DNA of 63,979 bases, counting the filler, from an uncultured bacterium (GTDB lineage Bacteria > DAOPZR01): NCBI GenBank assembly GCA_964637655.1. It is 5 parts of 5 records of this genome, joined end to end, with 100 filler letters (N's around TTAATTAATTAA, not from the genome) between each part and the next. Parts side by side here need not be neighbours in the genome. Positions count along the whole stretch, not along the records: positions 41,215 to 54,633 come from CAZWUZ010000081.1; positions 54,734 to 63,979 come from CAZWUZ010000154.1; 3 more parts are not named here. The stretch is one strand, 5' to 3'. The notes beneath the pieces were generated by a model. That model was given only the letters and a program-made list of their open reading frames with translations, had not been told where the DNA came from and ran no database searches. The stretch's first letter is position 1, and each line of letters begins with the position of its first letter. Shown one piece after another: positions 51,201 to 60,469 of this stretch. A program made the translations under genes and the position numbers.

Positions 51201-52078
51201 CAGAAGTGCCGGATCGGCCCGCCGCGCCGGAACAGGCCGGTGGGGCGGACGCAGAGGATGAGCAGCAGGAGGGAGAGCGTGACCACGTCCTTGTACGCGA
51301 GCGGCAGGAACTTCGTGCTGACCGCCTCGATGACGCCGAGCAGCAGGCCGGCGGCGACCGCCGCCCCCGTGCTGCCGAGCCCGCCGAGCACCGCGGCGGT
51401 GAACCCCTTGATGGCGAGCGCGGTGCCGCAGTCGTAGGTCGTCTGCGTCAGCGGCGAGATGACCGCCCCGGCGAGGGCCCCGCTCCCCGCGCTGATGACA
51501 AAGGCGAGCGTCACCATCTTCCGCGGCGGGACCCCGCAGAGCGAGGCGGCGAAGCGGTTGGCGCTGCAGGCGCGCATCGCCCGCCCGGTAAAGGTGTGCT
51601 TGAAGAAATGGCGGAGCAGCAGCACGGTGAGCGCGCAGGTGCCGAGCACCCAGAAAACCTGCGGCGAGATGTGCGCCCCGAGCACGCCCACCGAACTGAC
51701 CTCATTGCCGGTGAAATAGGGGAGCGCGTGCACCTTCTCATCCCAGATATGCAGCGCCCCCTCGCGCAGCACAATCGAGGCGCCGATGGTGACGATGATC
51801 ATCTGCAGCACGGTGGGTGAGCGCAGCGGGCGGATGAACAGCAGTTCCACCAGTGCGCCGATGCCCATGGTGAGGAGCACGGCGAGGGCGATGGCGGCGG
51901 GGAGGGGCAGCACCGCGGCGAGCGACACCGCCAGCATGCCGCCGAGCATCACGAACTCCCCTTGCGCGAAGTTGATGATCCCCGTGGTGTTATAGATGAC
52001 GGTGAAGCCGACGGCGACCACCGCATAGATGCTCCCCATGCTGATGCCCGCCAGCAGATACTGCACCAGTTCCGTCAT
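51200..52078 (-). CDS. livH: ABC permease LivH
   Basis: INFAQGEF, GRAMRA, KGFTAAVLGG, RPTGL. Confidence 0.9.
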   Translation of the reverse strand: MTELVQYLLAGISMGSIYAVVAVGFTVIYNTTGIINFAQGEFVMLGGMLAVSLAAVLPLPAAIALAVLLTMGIGALVELLFIRPLRSPTVLQMIIVTIGASIVLREGALHIWDEKVHALPYFTGNEVSSVGVLGAHISPQVFWVLGTCALTVLLLRHFFKHTFTGRAMRACSANRFAASLCGVPPRKMVTLAFVISAGSGALAGAVISPLTQTTYDCGTALAIKGFTAAVLGGLGSTGAAVAAGLLLGVIEAVSTKFLPLAYKDVVTLSLLLLILCVRPTGLFRRGGPIRHF

Positions 52079-52103
52079 GGTCCCCCGCTGTCTGTGCGCA
52101 CAA

Positions 52104-52133
52104 GAACAGGGGCGGCAGCTGCCGCCCCTGTTC
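52104..52133. repeat. perfect 30-nt palindrome between the SBP gene and livH
   Basis: GAACAGGGGCGGCAGCTGCCGCCCCTGTTC. Confidence 0.85.
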
Positions 52134-52147
52134 CGGTTATGCTGCGG

Positions 52148-53335
52148 TTATGCCGGCGGCGCGTAGAGGGCGAACTGCCCGTCCTTGACGGTCAGCATTT
52201 CGAACGCATCCTGCTGCAGCCCGCAATGGTCGGTGGCCGAGAGGTTGAAGATGCCGGCCGTGCCGACCACGCCGGTCAGCGATTCGAGCGCCGTGCGCAC
52301 CTGCGCGCGGTCGAACGACCCCGCCTTCTTGACCGCCTCGGTGAGCAGCAGCAGCGCGTCATAGGCGTGCCCGCCGAACGTGCTCACCTGCTCGCCCGGG
52401 TACCTTGCCTCGTAGTCCTGCTTGTACTTCAGCAGCAGCGCCCGCTGCGGGTGATCCGCCGGCAGCCGGTCGGCCACCAGCAGGCGCCCGGCCGGGAAGA
52501 TGATCCCCTCCGCCGCGGCCCCCGCCGCCTGCACGTACTGGATGTTGCCGAAACCGTGGCTCTGGCAGAGCGGGACGTTGAAGTTCATCTGCCGCAGGTT
52601 CTTGGCGACGATGGACTGCGCCGGCTCGATCGACCAGTTGATGATTGCCTGCACGTTCGCCGCCTTGATCTTGGTCAGCACCGCGGTCAGGTCGGTCGCT
52701 TCCTTCTCGTAGGTCTCGGCGATGGCGATGGTCAGGCCGCTCCCGACGACCAGCTTCTCGATCTGCGCCCGCCCGGCCTTGCCGAAGCCGGTATTGCTCG
52801 CCATGACGCCGATGCGCGTCAGGCCGCGCTCCTTGAGCACGGCGAAGATGCGCAGCACCGCGTCGCGGTCATGCTGCGGGGTTTTGAACACGCTGCTGAG
52901 GACCGGGGTGACGATCTCCTCCGCCGCGGCGCAGGAGAGGAGCAGCACGCCCGCCTCCTGGCAGATACTCTTGACCTTCAGCGATTCGCCGCTGGTCGAC
53001 GGGCCGATGATGGCGAACACCTTGTCCTCGTTGATCAGCTGCTGGCAGAGTGCCACCGCCTTCTCGGGGTTGCCGGCCGTGTCACGCACCAGCAGTTCCA
53101 CCTGCCGCCCGTTGAGGCCGCCGTTGGCGTTCAGTTCCGCCACAAACATCTCCGCCGTCTGCTGCTCCGGCTTGCCGAGAAATGCCGCCGGGCCCGTCAC
53201 GGAAAAGAGCGCGCCGATCTTGACCGTCTCCGCGGCCGGCGCGGCCGCCTGCTCCTGCTGCTGGGCGGGCTGTCCGCACGCCCACATCCCGGCGAGCAAC
53301 AGCACGCCGAGCACTGCCAGAACCGCCTTGCGCAT
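52148..53335 (-). CDS. ABC substrate-binding lipoprotein (Liv/type-I PBP)
   Basis: Lipobox-like LAGMWAC; KIGALFSVTGPAA.LG; GGHAYDA. Confidence 0.88.
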   Translation of the reverse strand: MRKAVLAVLGVLLLAGMWACGQPAQQQEQAAAPAAETVKIGALFSVTGPAAFLGKPEQQTAEMFVAELNANGGLNGRQVELLVRDTAGNPEKAVALCQQLINEDKVFAIIGPSTSGESLKVKSICQEAGVLLLSCAAAEEIVTPVLSSVFKTPQHDRDAVLRIFAVLKERGLTRIGVMASNTGFGKAGRAQIEKLVVGSGLTIAIAETYEKEATDLTAVLTKIKAANVQAIINWSIEPAQSIVAKNLRQMNFNVPLCQSHGFGNIQYVQAAGAAAEGIIFPAGRLLVADRLPADHPQRALLLKYKQDYEARYPGEQVSTFGGHAYDALLLLTEAVKKAGSFDRAQVRTALESLTGVVGTAGIFNLSATDHCGLQQDAFEMLTVKDGQFALYAPPA

Positions 53336-53378
53336 ATTCTGCCTCCTGGGTCGCCGTCTGCTGACGGCATAGACGCCT

Positions 53379-53468
53379 ATTATGCCCATGTGCTGTCGGG
53401 ATGTCAAGTTGACAGGAAACAGCACGGCGGCCCATATAGTTGACAGGCACATGCCGGTGTGCTAAAAT
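53379..53468. promoter_or_regulatory. divergent sigma70 promoters for the liv operon and serC
   Basis: Minus strand TTGACA-17-CATAAT (53407-53379); plus strand TTGACA-17-TAAAAT (53440-53468). Confidence 0.7.
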
Positions 53469-53540
53469 TCTTCACCTAACCGCAAGAGCGGGAGCGGTAA
53501 ACTCGTGCGCCAGGCGCGCATTCCATCTGGAGGTGCAGTA

Positions 53541-54629
53541 ATGGGTGAACGACTCATCAACTTCAATGCGGGACCGTCAATCCTCCCCGTGCCGGTACTC
53601 GAGGAAGCGGCACTCAACCTGGTCGAGTACGGCAACGCCGGCATGTCGATCATGGAGATGAGCCACCGCTCGAAGGAATTCGATGCGATCATCCTTGACG
53701 CTGAGGCGCGCATCCGCTCGGTCATCGGCGTCCCTGACGGCTACCAGGTCATGTTCCTGCAGGGGGGCGCGAGTTTGCAGTTCTCGATGCTGCCGATGAA
53801 CCTGCTGGCAGCGGGGCAGACCGCCGACTACATCGATACCGGGGTCTGGTCGACCACCGCCATCAAGGAAGCGAAAAAGGTCGGCACGGTCAATGTCGCC
53901 GGTTCCTCCGCCGACCGCAAGTACGCGTATATCCCGAAGCCGGAGTCGTTCAAGCTGACGCCGGATGCGGCCTATGTCCACACCACCTCCAACAACACCA
54001 TCTACGGGACGCAGTGGGCGCAGACACCGTCGTTCGCCGCACCGCACATCTGTGACATGTCCTCGGACATCTGCAGCCGCCCCATCGACATGAGCAGGTA
54101 TGCCTGCATCTACGCCGGGGCGCAGAAGAACCTCGGGCCGTCGGGCGTGGTCATCGTCATCATGCGCGACGACCTCGTGGCGCGCAGCCCCGAGAACCTG
54201 TCGAACATGCTGTCGTACAAGAACCACGCCAAGAAGAAGTCGCTGCACAACACGCCGCCGACCTTCGCCATCTACGTCGTGCAGCTGGTGATGAAGTGGA
54301 TCGAGGCGCAGGGCGGCCTCGCGGGCATCGAGAAAATCAACGAGGCGAAGGCCAAGGTCATCTACGACGCCATCGACCGCAGCAACGGCTTCTACCGCTG
54401 CCCGGCGGACGCGGACAGCCGCTCGAAAATGAACATCGCTTTCCGGCTGCCGAGCGAGGAACTCGAGGCGACCTTCATCAGCGAAGGCAAGAAGCAGGCG
54501 AAGCTGCACGGGCTCAAGGGGCACCGCGACGTGGGCGGCTGCCGCGCCTCCATCTACAATGCCATGCCGCTGGCGGGCTGCCAGACGCTGGCGCAGTTCA
54601 TGGACGAATTCGCGAAGAAGAACGGGTAA
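53541..54629 (+). CDS. serC: phosphoserine aminotransferase
   Basis: NFNAGPS, EMSHRS, LQGGASLQF, DMSSD, YAGAQKNLGP, NTPP, GHRDVGG.RASIYNA. Confidence 0.96.
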   Translation: MGERLINFNAGPSILPVPVLEEAALNLVEYGNAGMSIMEMSHRSKEFDAIILDAEARIRSVIGVPDGYQVMFLQGGASLQFSMLPMNLLAAGQTADYIDTGVWSTTAIKEAKKVGTVNVAGSSADRKYAYIPKPESFKLTPDAAYVHTTSNNTIYGTQWAQTPSFAAPHICDMSSDICSRPIDMSRYACIYAGAQKNLGPSGVVIVIMRDDLVARSPENLSNMLSYKNHAKKKSLHNTPPTFAIYVVQLVMKWIEAQGGLAGIEKINEAKAKVIYDAIDRSNGFYRCPADADSRSKMNIAFRLPSEELEATFISEGKKQAKLHGLKGHRDVGGCRASIYNAMPLAGCQTLAQFMDEFAKKNG

Positions 54630-54633
54630 GGAG

Positions 54634-54733
54634 NNNNNNNNNNNNNNNNNNNNNNNNNNNNNNNNNNNNNNNNNNNNTTAATTAATTAANNNNNNNNNNN
54701 NNNNNNNNNNNNNNNNNNNNNNNNNNNNNNNNN
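54634..54733. other. artificial contig spacer
   Basis: N run with TTAATTAATTAA. Confidence 0.97.
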
Positions 54734-56168
54734 GGATCTTCGCGTTGCCGGTGAGCCCGATGAACGTGATCCCGGTGTTGATGGCGCCGGTGTAGACGCT
54801 GCCCGTGTTGGCATCGCCGTCATACGGGATGAACGGGTTGGGGAAGACGCGCACGTTGCTGAGGTCGTCGAAAACCGGGTTGGTGAGAATGCAGCGGAAA
54901 AAAGAGAGTGAACCGAGCGCCACCTGCGCGATATTGGTCGCGGTGGCCGGCGTGTTGCTGTCGGTAAGCAGCGACCAGGAACTGCCCACCAGGCGCATGA
55001 TGCGCACCGAGGCCTCCTCGGTGGCGGTCATCCCGGTGTCGCCGTAGCGGATGTTGAGCAGCATGTCCACCTGCGTTGGCGTATCCGCGGCGCGGGTCAG
55101 CGACACTTCGTACGTGGTCGACGCCACCCCCTGCCAGGTGGCCATGGTCGCCAGCTGCTGGTCAGCGGCGGTAAGGGTTGACGACGTCGGCGCACGGCGG
55201 ATGGTCACCTCGGTCCCGGCATTGAGGCGGTTGGGGGGGAAGTAAATCCACGCATTGCTGTCGCAGGCATAGGCGGTATCGCCGGCCACGGTGTTGAGCG
55301 CAAAGTAGACAGTCAGCGTCGGGGTGTCGGCGGTGCGCGTGACGGTCAGCCCGCCCAGCCCGTTGCTGTCACCGAGGGTACCGGCGGTCCCGGTGACAAA
55401 AGCGACGAGGTCACCCATCGCCTGCTGACTGCGTGTATCGGGGAGGCGCAGGATGAACGAGACAGTGTCGTAGCTGTAGCCGGCGATGAAGCGCGGCGAC
55501 GCGGGCCAGGTATCCCAGGTGAGCAGCGATGTGACGGTTGCTCCCGCGGCATTGCGCAGGGCGATGGCGGTGGTGTCAGGGACGTACTTTGCACTCCCCT
55601 CACCGGTATTGCGGAAACAGAGGCGCAGCACCACGGTGTCGTAACTGGTCGCGGGGCGGGCCGAGCCGGTGTCGCTGTCGAAGGTGAGGGCGACGAAACT
55701 GACGCTGGCGGGGGACTGCACCACCCAGGTATCGACGAGGGCGGCGCGCGTATCGCTGCGCAGCAGCTTGACGCCGCCCGAATCGATGCTCCCGGTACAG
55801 GCGGCGTCGAGTTGCAACGCCCCGGTGCAGAGCGCATTGCTGAGCAGCACGCTGAACGTCAGCGTCTCGGTGGTGTTCTTCGTGATGGTACGCGGCAGGG
55901 CGGGCGTGTAGATAGCGCTGGTGAGACGGGTATCGTAGCGGTTGCCGTTGGTGTCGGTAAGCAGGAAGGTGACGGAGTCGCTGGCGCTGATGGTGACATC
56001 GGTATCACCCGCCACGATACCGACCTGCACATAGACCGTCTGCCCGAGGGAAACATAGTACGAATCAGAGAGGACACGGCCAACCCACACGGTATCGGCA
56101 GCCGCGACAGCAGGCAGGAAAAGTATGCCGACCAGCAGCATCGGCAGGAATTTGAGCCACTGCTTCAT
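54734..56168 (-). CDS. secreted beta-rich protein with a C-terminal sorting-domain-like motif, 3'-truncated
   Basis: Sec signal (MKQWLKF...AVAAA), Thr/Ser-rich body, ends in DLSNVRVFPNPF...GITF; promoter TTGACC-17-TAAACT and GAGGAG RBS. Confidence 0.75.
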
Positions 56169-56371
56169 CTTCGGCCGCGTCTCCTCAAATCCCCTCACCG
56201 CATAAGAGTTTACCACATCCGGCGTTGCAGGTCAACGGGACCACGCCCATTTTGCCGCATCCTGTTCCCCCGCAGCGCCTTGCATATGGCATTTGCCAAA
56301 CCTTCAGCCGCAACGTAGAATACAGCGTAGCATAAAGCGTAGAAGTGGTTATTCAGCCGACTGCCGCTGTT

Positions 56372-56459
56372 CCCTCTCCCACCGGGAGAGGGGCAGGGCG
56401 AAGGCAGGTTTGCGGTTTCCCTGCCGCTTGCGCGGCGTCCTCTCCCCAAGGGAGAGGAG
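56372..56459. repeat. REP-like CCCTCTCCC/GGGAGAGGG hairpin pair
   Basis: CCCTCTCCCACCGGGAGAGGG and TCCTCTCCCCAAGGGAGAGGA. Confidence 0.65.
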
Positions 56460-56544
56460 AAACATGGAAACAAGCGGGCTGAACAGTTGCAGGCGTAGCA
56501 TACAATGATGAGACAGGTGCTCCCATGCCGCGGCAACGTAGACT

Positions 56545-58893
56545 ATGACGATGATACGATTGTTCCCGTGGCGCGAAGGCAGCGTCATTGCCCTGCTGTT
56601 GCTGCTGCTCTTCCTGCCGGTCTTTCTCGCCCCGTCCGGGACGCTGCTGGGGGAAGCGAAGCAGGACACCATCAGTGTCAGTTATACGCAGCTGCGTTTC
56701 GAATTCGGGGAGTTGCGTGCGGGACGGACAGCGCTGTGGAACCCGCACGTGCTGTGCGGGTATCCGCAGATCGCCTCCCCCGAGAGTACGTTGTTCTATC
56801 CGCTCAACCTGCACTTTCTGCTGCTGCGCACTGCCGCGGCGATGAACCTCGCGTATGCCCTGCACCTGCTGCTGGCGGGCTTCGGCATGCTCTGCCTGCT
56901 GCGCCGGCACGGACTGACGGGTGCGGCGGCGCTGGTCGGGGCACTCAGTTTCGCCCTCAGCACCCCGCTGGTCAGCCGCATCATCGCGGGACATATCTAC
57001 AAGGTGATGACGCTGGCGTGGCTGCCGCTGCTCTGGTGGGCCGCCGACCGCCTGCTGGCGCGCCCGACGCTGCCGCGCGCCGTGCTGGCCGCCCTGTTGA
57101 GCACCCTGCAGTTCTTCGCGGGCGACACGCAGTATTTCTTCATCACCCACTGCGGTCTGCTGCTCTATGCCGTGCTGCTGCAGTGGCAGCGGCGGGCGTG
57201 GCGCCCGGCGGCGGCGCTGGCGGCGGCACTGCTGCTGGTGCCGCTGCTCGGCGCGCTGGTGCTGCTGCCGTCGTGGGAACTGGCCGGCGAATGCCAGCGG
57301 GCGCGCGCACTGTACGACTTCAGTTCCTCCCACTCGCTCCCCCCCGTGCACCTGCTGACCCTGCTGGCGCCGGCGCTGTGGGGCAACCATCATACCGTGC
57401 CGTATGTCGGCATGTACAATGCCTGGGAGATGAATGTCTACGCCGGGCTGGTGCCGCTGCTGCTGGCGCTGGGGACAGTGCGCCGCTGGCGCGAGCTGCC
57501 GCAACTGGCCGAGCGCAACGCGCTGGCGGGGGTCGCGCTCGCCGGTCTCATCCTCGCGTTCGGACGCTACACGCCGGTGTACCGCCTCTGTTTCGACTGG
57601 CTTCCGGGCTTCGCCTATTTCCGCGGCCCGTCGAAGTTCGTCATTCTGACGGTGCTGGCGCTGGCGGTATTCGCGGCGCACGGCATGGCGCTATGGCAGA
57701 CCGCGCCGCCGCGGCGCGGTCTCGGGCGGCGCCTGCTGCTGCTGGCCGGCGGTGGTGCCATCCTGCTGGCGCTGCTCACCGCCCTCTGGCCGTCCTTCTG
57801 TACCTGGTACGCGACCATCCCGGCCACCGAACGTTCCCTCTTCTGCGCCCCGTCTCCGTCGCTGCTGGCGACGTCGCTGCGCCAGGCCTGGATGGCGGCC
57901 GGGCAGGCGCTGCTGCTGGTGGCGGGGTATCTCGTGCTCTCCGCGTGGCGGGGACGCTATCGCGGAGCGGGGCTGGTGCTGCTGGTCATGCTCGATCTCG
58001 GGTGGCTGGCAGCAGGGACGCTGCGCGTCACCTGCCGCCCGGAGGAGTTGCGGTTCAGCGGCGGGGTACGCGCAGTGCTCGACGCGGAAACAGCACCGTT
58101 CCGGGTCATCGTCCCGGGCGTGTTCAACAATTTCGTCTACCGGGCGGGGTACGAAGACATGCTCGGGGAGGCAACGCTGGTGCTGCGGGGGGTACATGAA
58201 TACCTGCTGGCCACCCGCTACGGGACGGATACCCTCGATGCGAGGCGCTACCATGACACGCGGCTCGCACGGCTCTCGCCGCTCTTCGACCTGCTCAACC
58301 TGCGCTACGTGGTCTTTCCCGCGGCGTTTCCGCTGCCGCCGGCGGTGCGGCGCGAATTGCGTACCGTGCACGCCGACACGCAATGGGTGGTGGCGAGCAA
58401 CCCGTCGGGGCTGCCGCGCTACCGCTTCCACACGGACGTGCGCGTGCGCGCGCGGGAAGCGACCGTCGGCGAACTGCTGCGCGCGGGGCGCGACGCGGGA
58501 ACCTTTGCCTGCGTGGAAGCGGCGCCGCCGTTTCCCGTCGCTGCCGACCCGGCGGCAGACCGCGCGGCAGGTATCACGCTGCTGACGCAGGCGCCCGACG
58601 GGCTGACACTGCGGGTGACCGCACCGGCGGACGGCCTGCTGGTCGTGGCAGACGCGTGGTATCCCGGGTGGCGGGCAACGGTCGACGGGGTGGAGGTCCC
58701 CGTGGTGCGCGTCAACAGCATTGTCCGCGGGCTCTGGCTGCGCGCGGGGAAACACACCGTGCGCCTGGCGTTCGTCCCGCTGACGGTCTACGGCGGCACC
58801 GCCGTGACGGTCGCCACGGCCCTGCTGCTCCTGCTGCTGGCAGGGCGGGCGCGACGACGCTCAGAAGGGGCGGAACGCGGCGAGGGTGAATGA
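56545..58893 (+). CDS. YfhO-family membrane protein (GT-C-like)
   Basis: LWNPHVLCGYP, FYPLN, PGFAYFR.P.KF, WYPGWRATVDG...RGLWLRAGKHTVRL. Confidence 0.88.
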   Translation: MTMIRLFPWREGSVIALLLLLLFLPVFLAPSGTLLGEAKQDTISVSYTQLRFEFGELRAGRTALWNPHVLCGYPQIASPESTLFYPLNLHFLLLRTAAAMNLAYALHLLLAGFGMLCLLRRHGLTGAAALVGALSFALSTPLVSRIIAGHIYKVMTLAWLPLLWWAADRLLARPTLPRAVLAALLSTLQFFAGDTQYFFITHCGLLLYAVLLQWQRRAWRPAAALAAALLLVPLLGALVLLPSWELAGECQRARALYDFSSSHSLPPVHLLTLLAPALWGNHHTVPYVGMYNAWEMNVYAGLVPLLLALGTVRRWRELPQLAERNALAGVALAGLILAFGRYTPVYRLCFDWLPGFAYFRGPSKFVILTVLALAVFAAHGMALWQTAPPRRGLGRRLLLLAGGGAILLALLTALWPSFCTWYATIPATERSLFCAPSPSLLATSLRQAWMAAGQALLLVAGYLVLSAWRGRYRGAGLVLLVMLDLGWLAAGTLRVTCRPEELRFSGGVRAVLDAETAPFRVIVPGVFNNFVYRAGYEDMLGEATLVLRGVHEYLLATRYGTDTLDARRYHDTRLARLSPLFDLLNLRYVVFPAAFPLPPAVRRELRTVHADTQWVVASNPSGLPRYRFHTDVRVRAREATVGELLRAGRDAGTFACVEAAPPFPVAADPAADRAAGITLLTQAPDGLTLRVTAPADGLLVVADAWYPGWRATVDGVEVPVVRVNSIVRGLWLRAGKHTVRLAFVPLTVYGGTAVTVATALLLLLLAGRARRRSEGAERGEGE

Positions 58894-59514
58894 GGGATAT
58901 TCCGCGTCGAGGCGCGTGCGCCACCGCTGCGCTGCCGCGGGGTCGGCCAGCGGGCCGGCATACAGTTCCGCGAGCAGCAGCAGCACTTCGGGGGTGACAC
59001 CACAGCCGGGGTGCCCGTCGAGAATCTCCTGCAGCCGGGCCGCGGCGGCCGCCGGGCGTTGCCGGCGGATATCAAGTTTCGCCCGCATCAGCATCTTGTA
59101 CGGCACCCCGTCGCTGTCACCCACCTTGTCGATATAGGCAAGCCGCGCCGCGGCCGGCGCCGCCGCGGGATGATCCGGATAGTTGCGCTGCACCAGCAGA
59201 TAGCTGTAGCGCGCGCGCGGCAGTTCACCAAGGTGTTCGAGGTAGAGGTCGCCGACCCGCGCGACCGCCAGCGGGCATTTTTCCGCTTCCGGGCACTGCT
59301 GCAGCACCTGCAGGTACTTGAGCACCGCGCCGTGGTAGTTGGCGGTCTGCGCCAGGCGCGCGGCCGCGTCGAACAGTTCCCCGGCCCGCTGCTCCGTGCG
59401 CTGCTGGCGCGGCTGCCAGACGGCGAGATACCAGACCGCGGCGGCGATGTTGATCACCGCCGCGGGGATAAGCGCTATGGCGAAGATGCGCAGCCAGCGG
59501 GCCAGTCCCGTCAT
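58861..59514 (-). CDS. membrane-anchored TPR-like protein
   Basis: N-terminal TM; TPR-like helical repeats (A..Y..V....P; YPDHP; HPG...PE.LL.LA). Confidence 0.75.
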   Translation of the reverse strand: MTGLARWLRIFAIALIPAAVINIAAAVWYLAVWQPRQQRTEQRAGELFDAAARLAQTANYHGAVLKYLQVLQQCPEAEKCPLAVARVGDLYLEHLGELPRARYSYLLVQRNYPDHPAAAPAAARLAYIDKVGDSDGVPYKMLMRAKLDIRRQRPAAAAARLQEILDGHPGCGVTPEVLLLLAELYAGPLADPAAAQRWRTRLDAEYPSFTLAAFRPF

Positions 59515-60203
59515 GCCGCGTCGGCCTCTGCTGCACCGTCCTCGACCAGTTCCACCGTCACCACCGTGTCGTTATAGTCGTAGTCGGGCGGCCACCACTC
59601 GGGGAGATCCTCGAAACCGAGCAGCCAGGTGGTCTCGTTGATCTGCGTCACCTCGCACATCAGCGCGTTGGTCGAATAGTGGTCGTACGTGGCATACCCC
59701 GCCTTTTTCAGCTTGCTCCAGACCGAGCCGTCAACCCGGATAAACAGAAGGAAACTCTCGCCCGCGGTCCACTCCTTGTCGTAGAGCGTCGTCAGCGCCG
59801 CGGCATTGTGATTGTCAGCCAGCAGCATGACGCTGTCACTGCCATCAACAATGTAGAGCGCCGAGTGCAGGGCGGCCGATGATTTTTCAAAGGTGACCCG
59901 CAGGCGCCCCTTGCCGGAAGCAATGCTGGCGACCCCTTCCGGCGTAAATTCCAGGCGCGCCGGTTCATCCACCGTGCCTACCACCCCGGATTCAAGCCCG
60001 CCCATCGCCTGCACCATGGTCGCCCGCTCGTTGGCGCGTTCAGCGGCCGCGGCCTCATCCTGCATATAGTAGCCGACCGCGTCCGTATGCGCGGCCAGCC
60101 AGTAGATGGGGATAATTGTCACCACAGTAATAAGAGTCACCATCATCAGGTATTCACTGGCGCTTACTCCCCGTTCCCGGTGGTGGAAGGTGATGTTCTT
60201 CAT
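59511..60203 (-). CDS. Flp/type IVb prepilin-like N-terminus fused to a DUF4114-like domain
   Basis: RERG|VSASEY plus hydrophobic helix; C-terminal LLGFEDL...DYDYNDTVV. Confidence 0.7.
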   Translation of the reverse strand: MKNITFHHRERGVSASEYLMMVTLITVVTIIPIYWLAAHTDAVGYYMQDEAAAAERANERATMVQAMGGLESGVVGTVDEPARLEFTPEGVASIASGKGRLRVTFEKSSAALHSALYIVDGSDSVMLLADNHNAAALTTLYDKEWTAGESFLLFIRVDGSVWSKLKKAGYATYDHYSTNALMCEVTQINETTWLLGFEDLPEWWPPDYDYNDTVVTVELVEDGAAEADAA

Positions 60204-60243
60204 GGTTTGTTCCCCCTTTCGTGAGGTTCTGCCTGATAGTGAA

Positions 60244-60258
60244 GCAACGTGAATGCCA
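60244..60258 (-). promoter_or_regulatory. sigma54 promoter of the prepilin-like gene
   Basis: TGGCAT-TCACG-TTGC, exact -24/-12 spacing. Confidence 0.8.
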
Positions 60259-60318
60259 CATGGTTATCAGTTCATTATTCTTTATATTTCATTGTTTTAC
60301 ATTTTTTCTCAATCACCA

Positions 60319-60427
60319 ATGTTGACTATTTGCAACAAAACATAGTCAGTTATGTTGACAAATATCAACATTTACGATATATTTATTCATAAGTTATTGA
60401 AAAATATATGTTGAAAATTATCTCCAT
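60319..60427. promoter_or_regulatory. three palindromic enhancer-like sites
   Basis: ATGTTGA-N6-GCAACAA (60319-60338), ATGTTGA-N6-TCAACAT (60352-60371), ATGTTGA-N6-TCTCCAT (60408-60427). Confidence 0.7.
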
Positions 60428-60429
60428 AA

Positions 60430-60444
60430 TGGCATTTTTGTCGC
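60430..60444 (+). promoter_or_regulatory. sigma54 promoter of the activator gene
   Basis: TGGCAT-TTTTG-TCGC. Confidence 0.6.
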
Positions 60445-60469
60445 AAAGTAATAATGTACGGAGGTGCAC

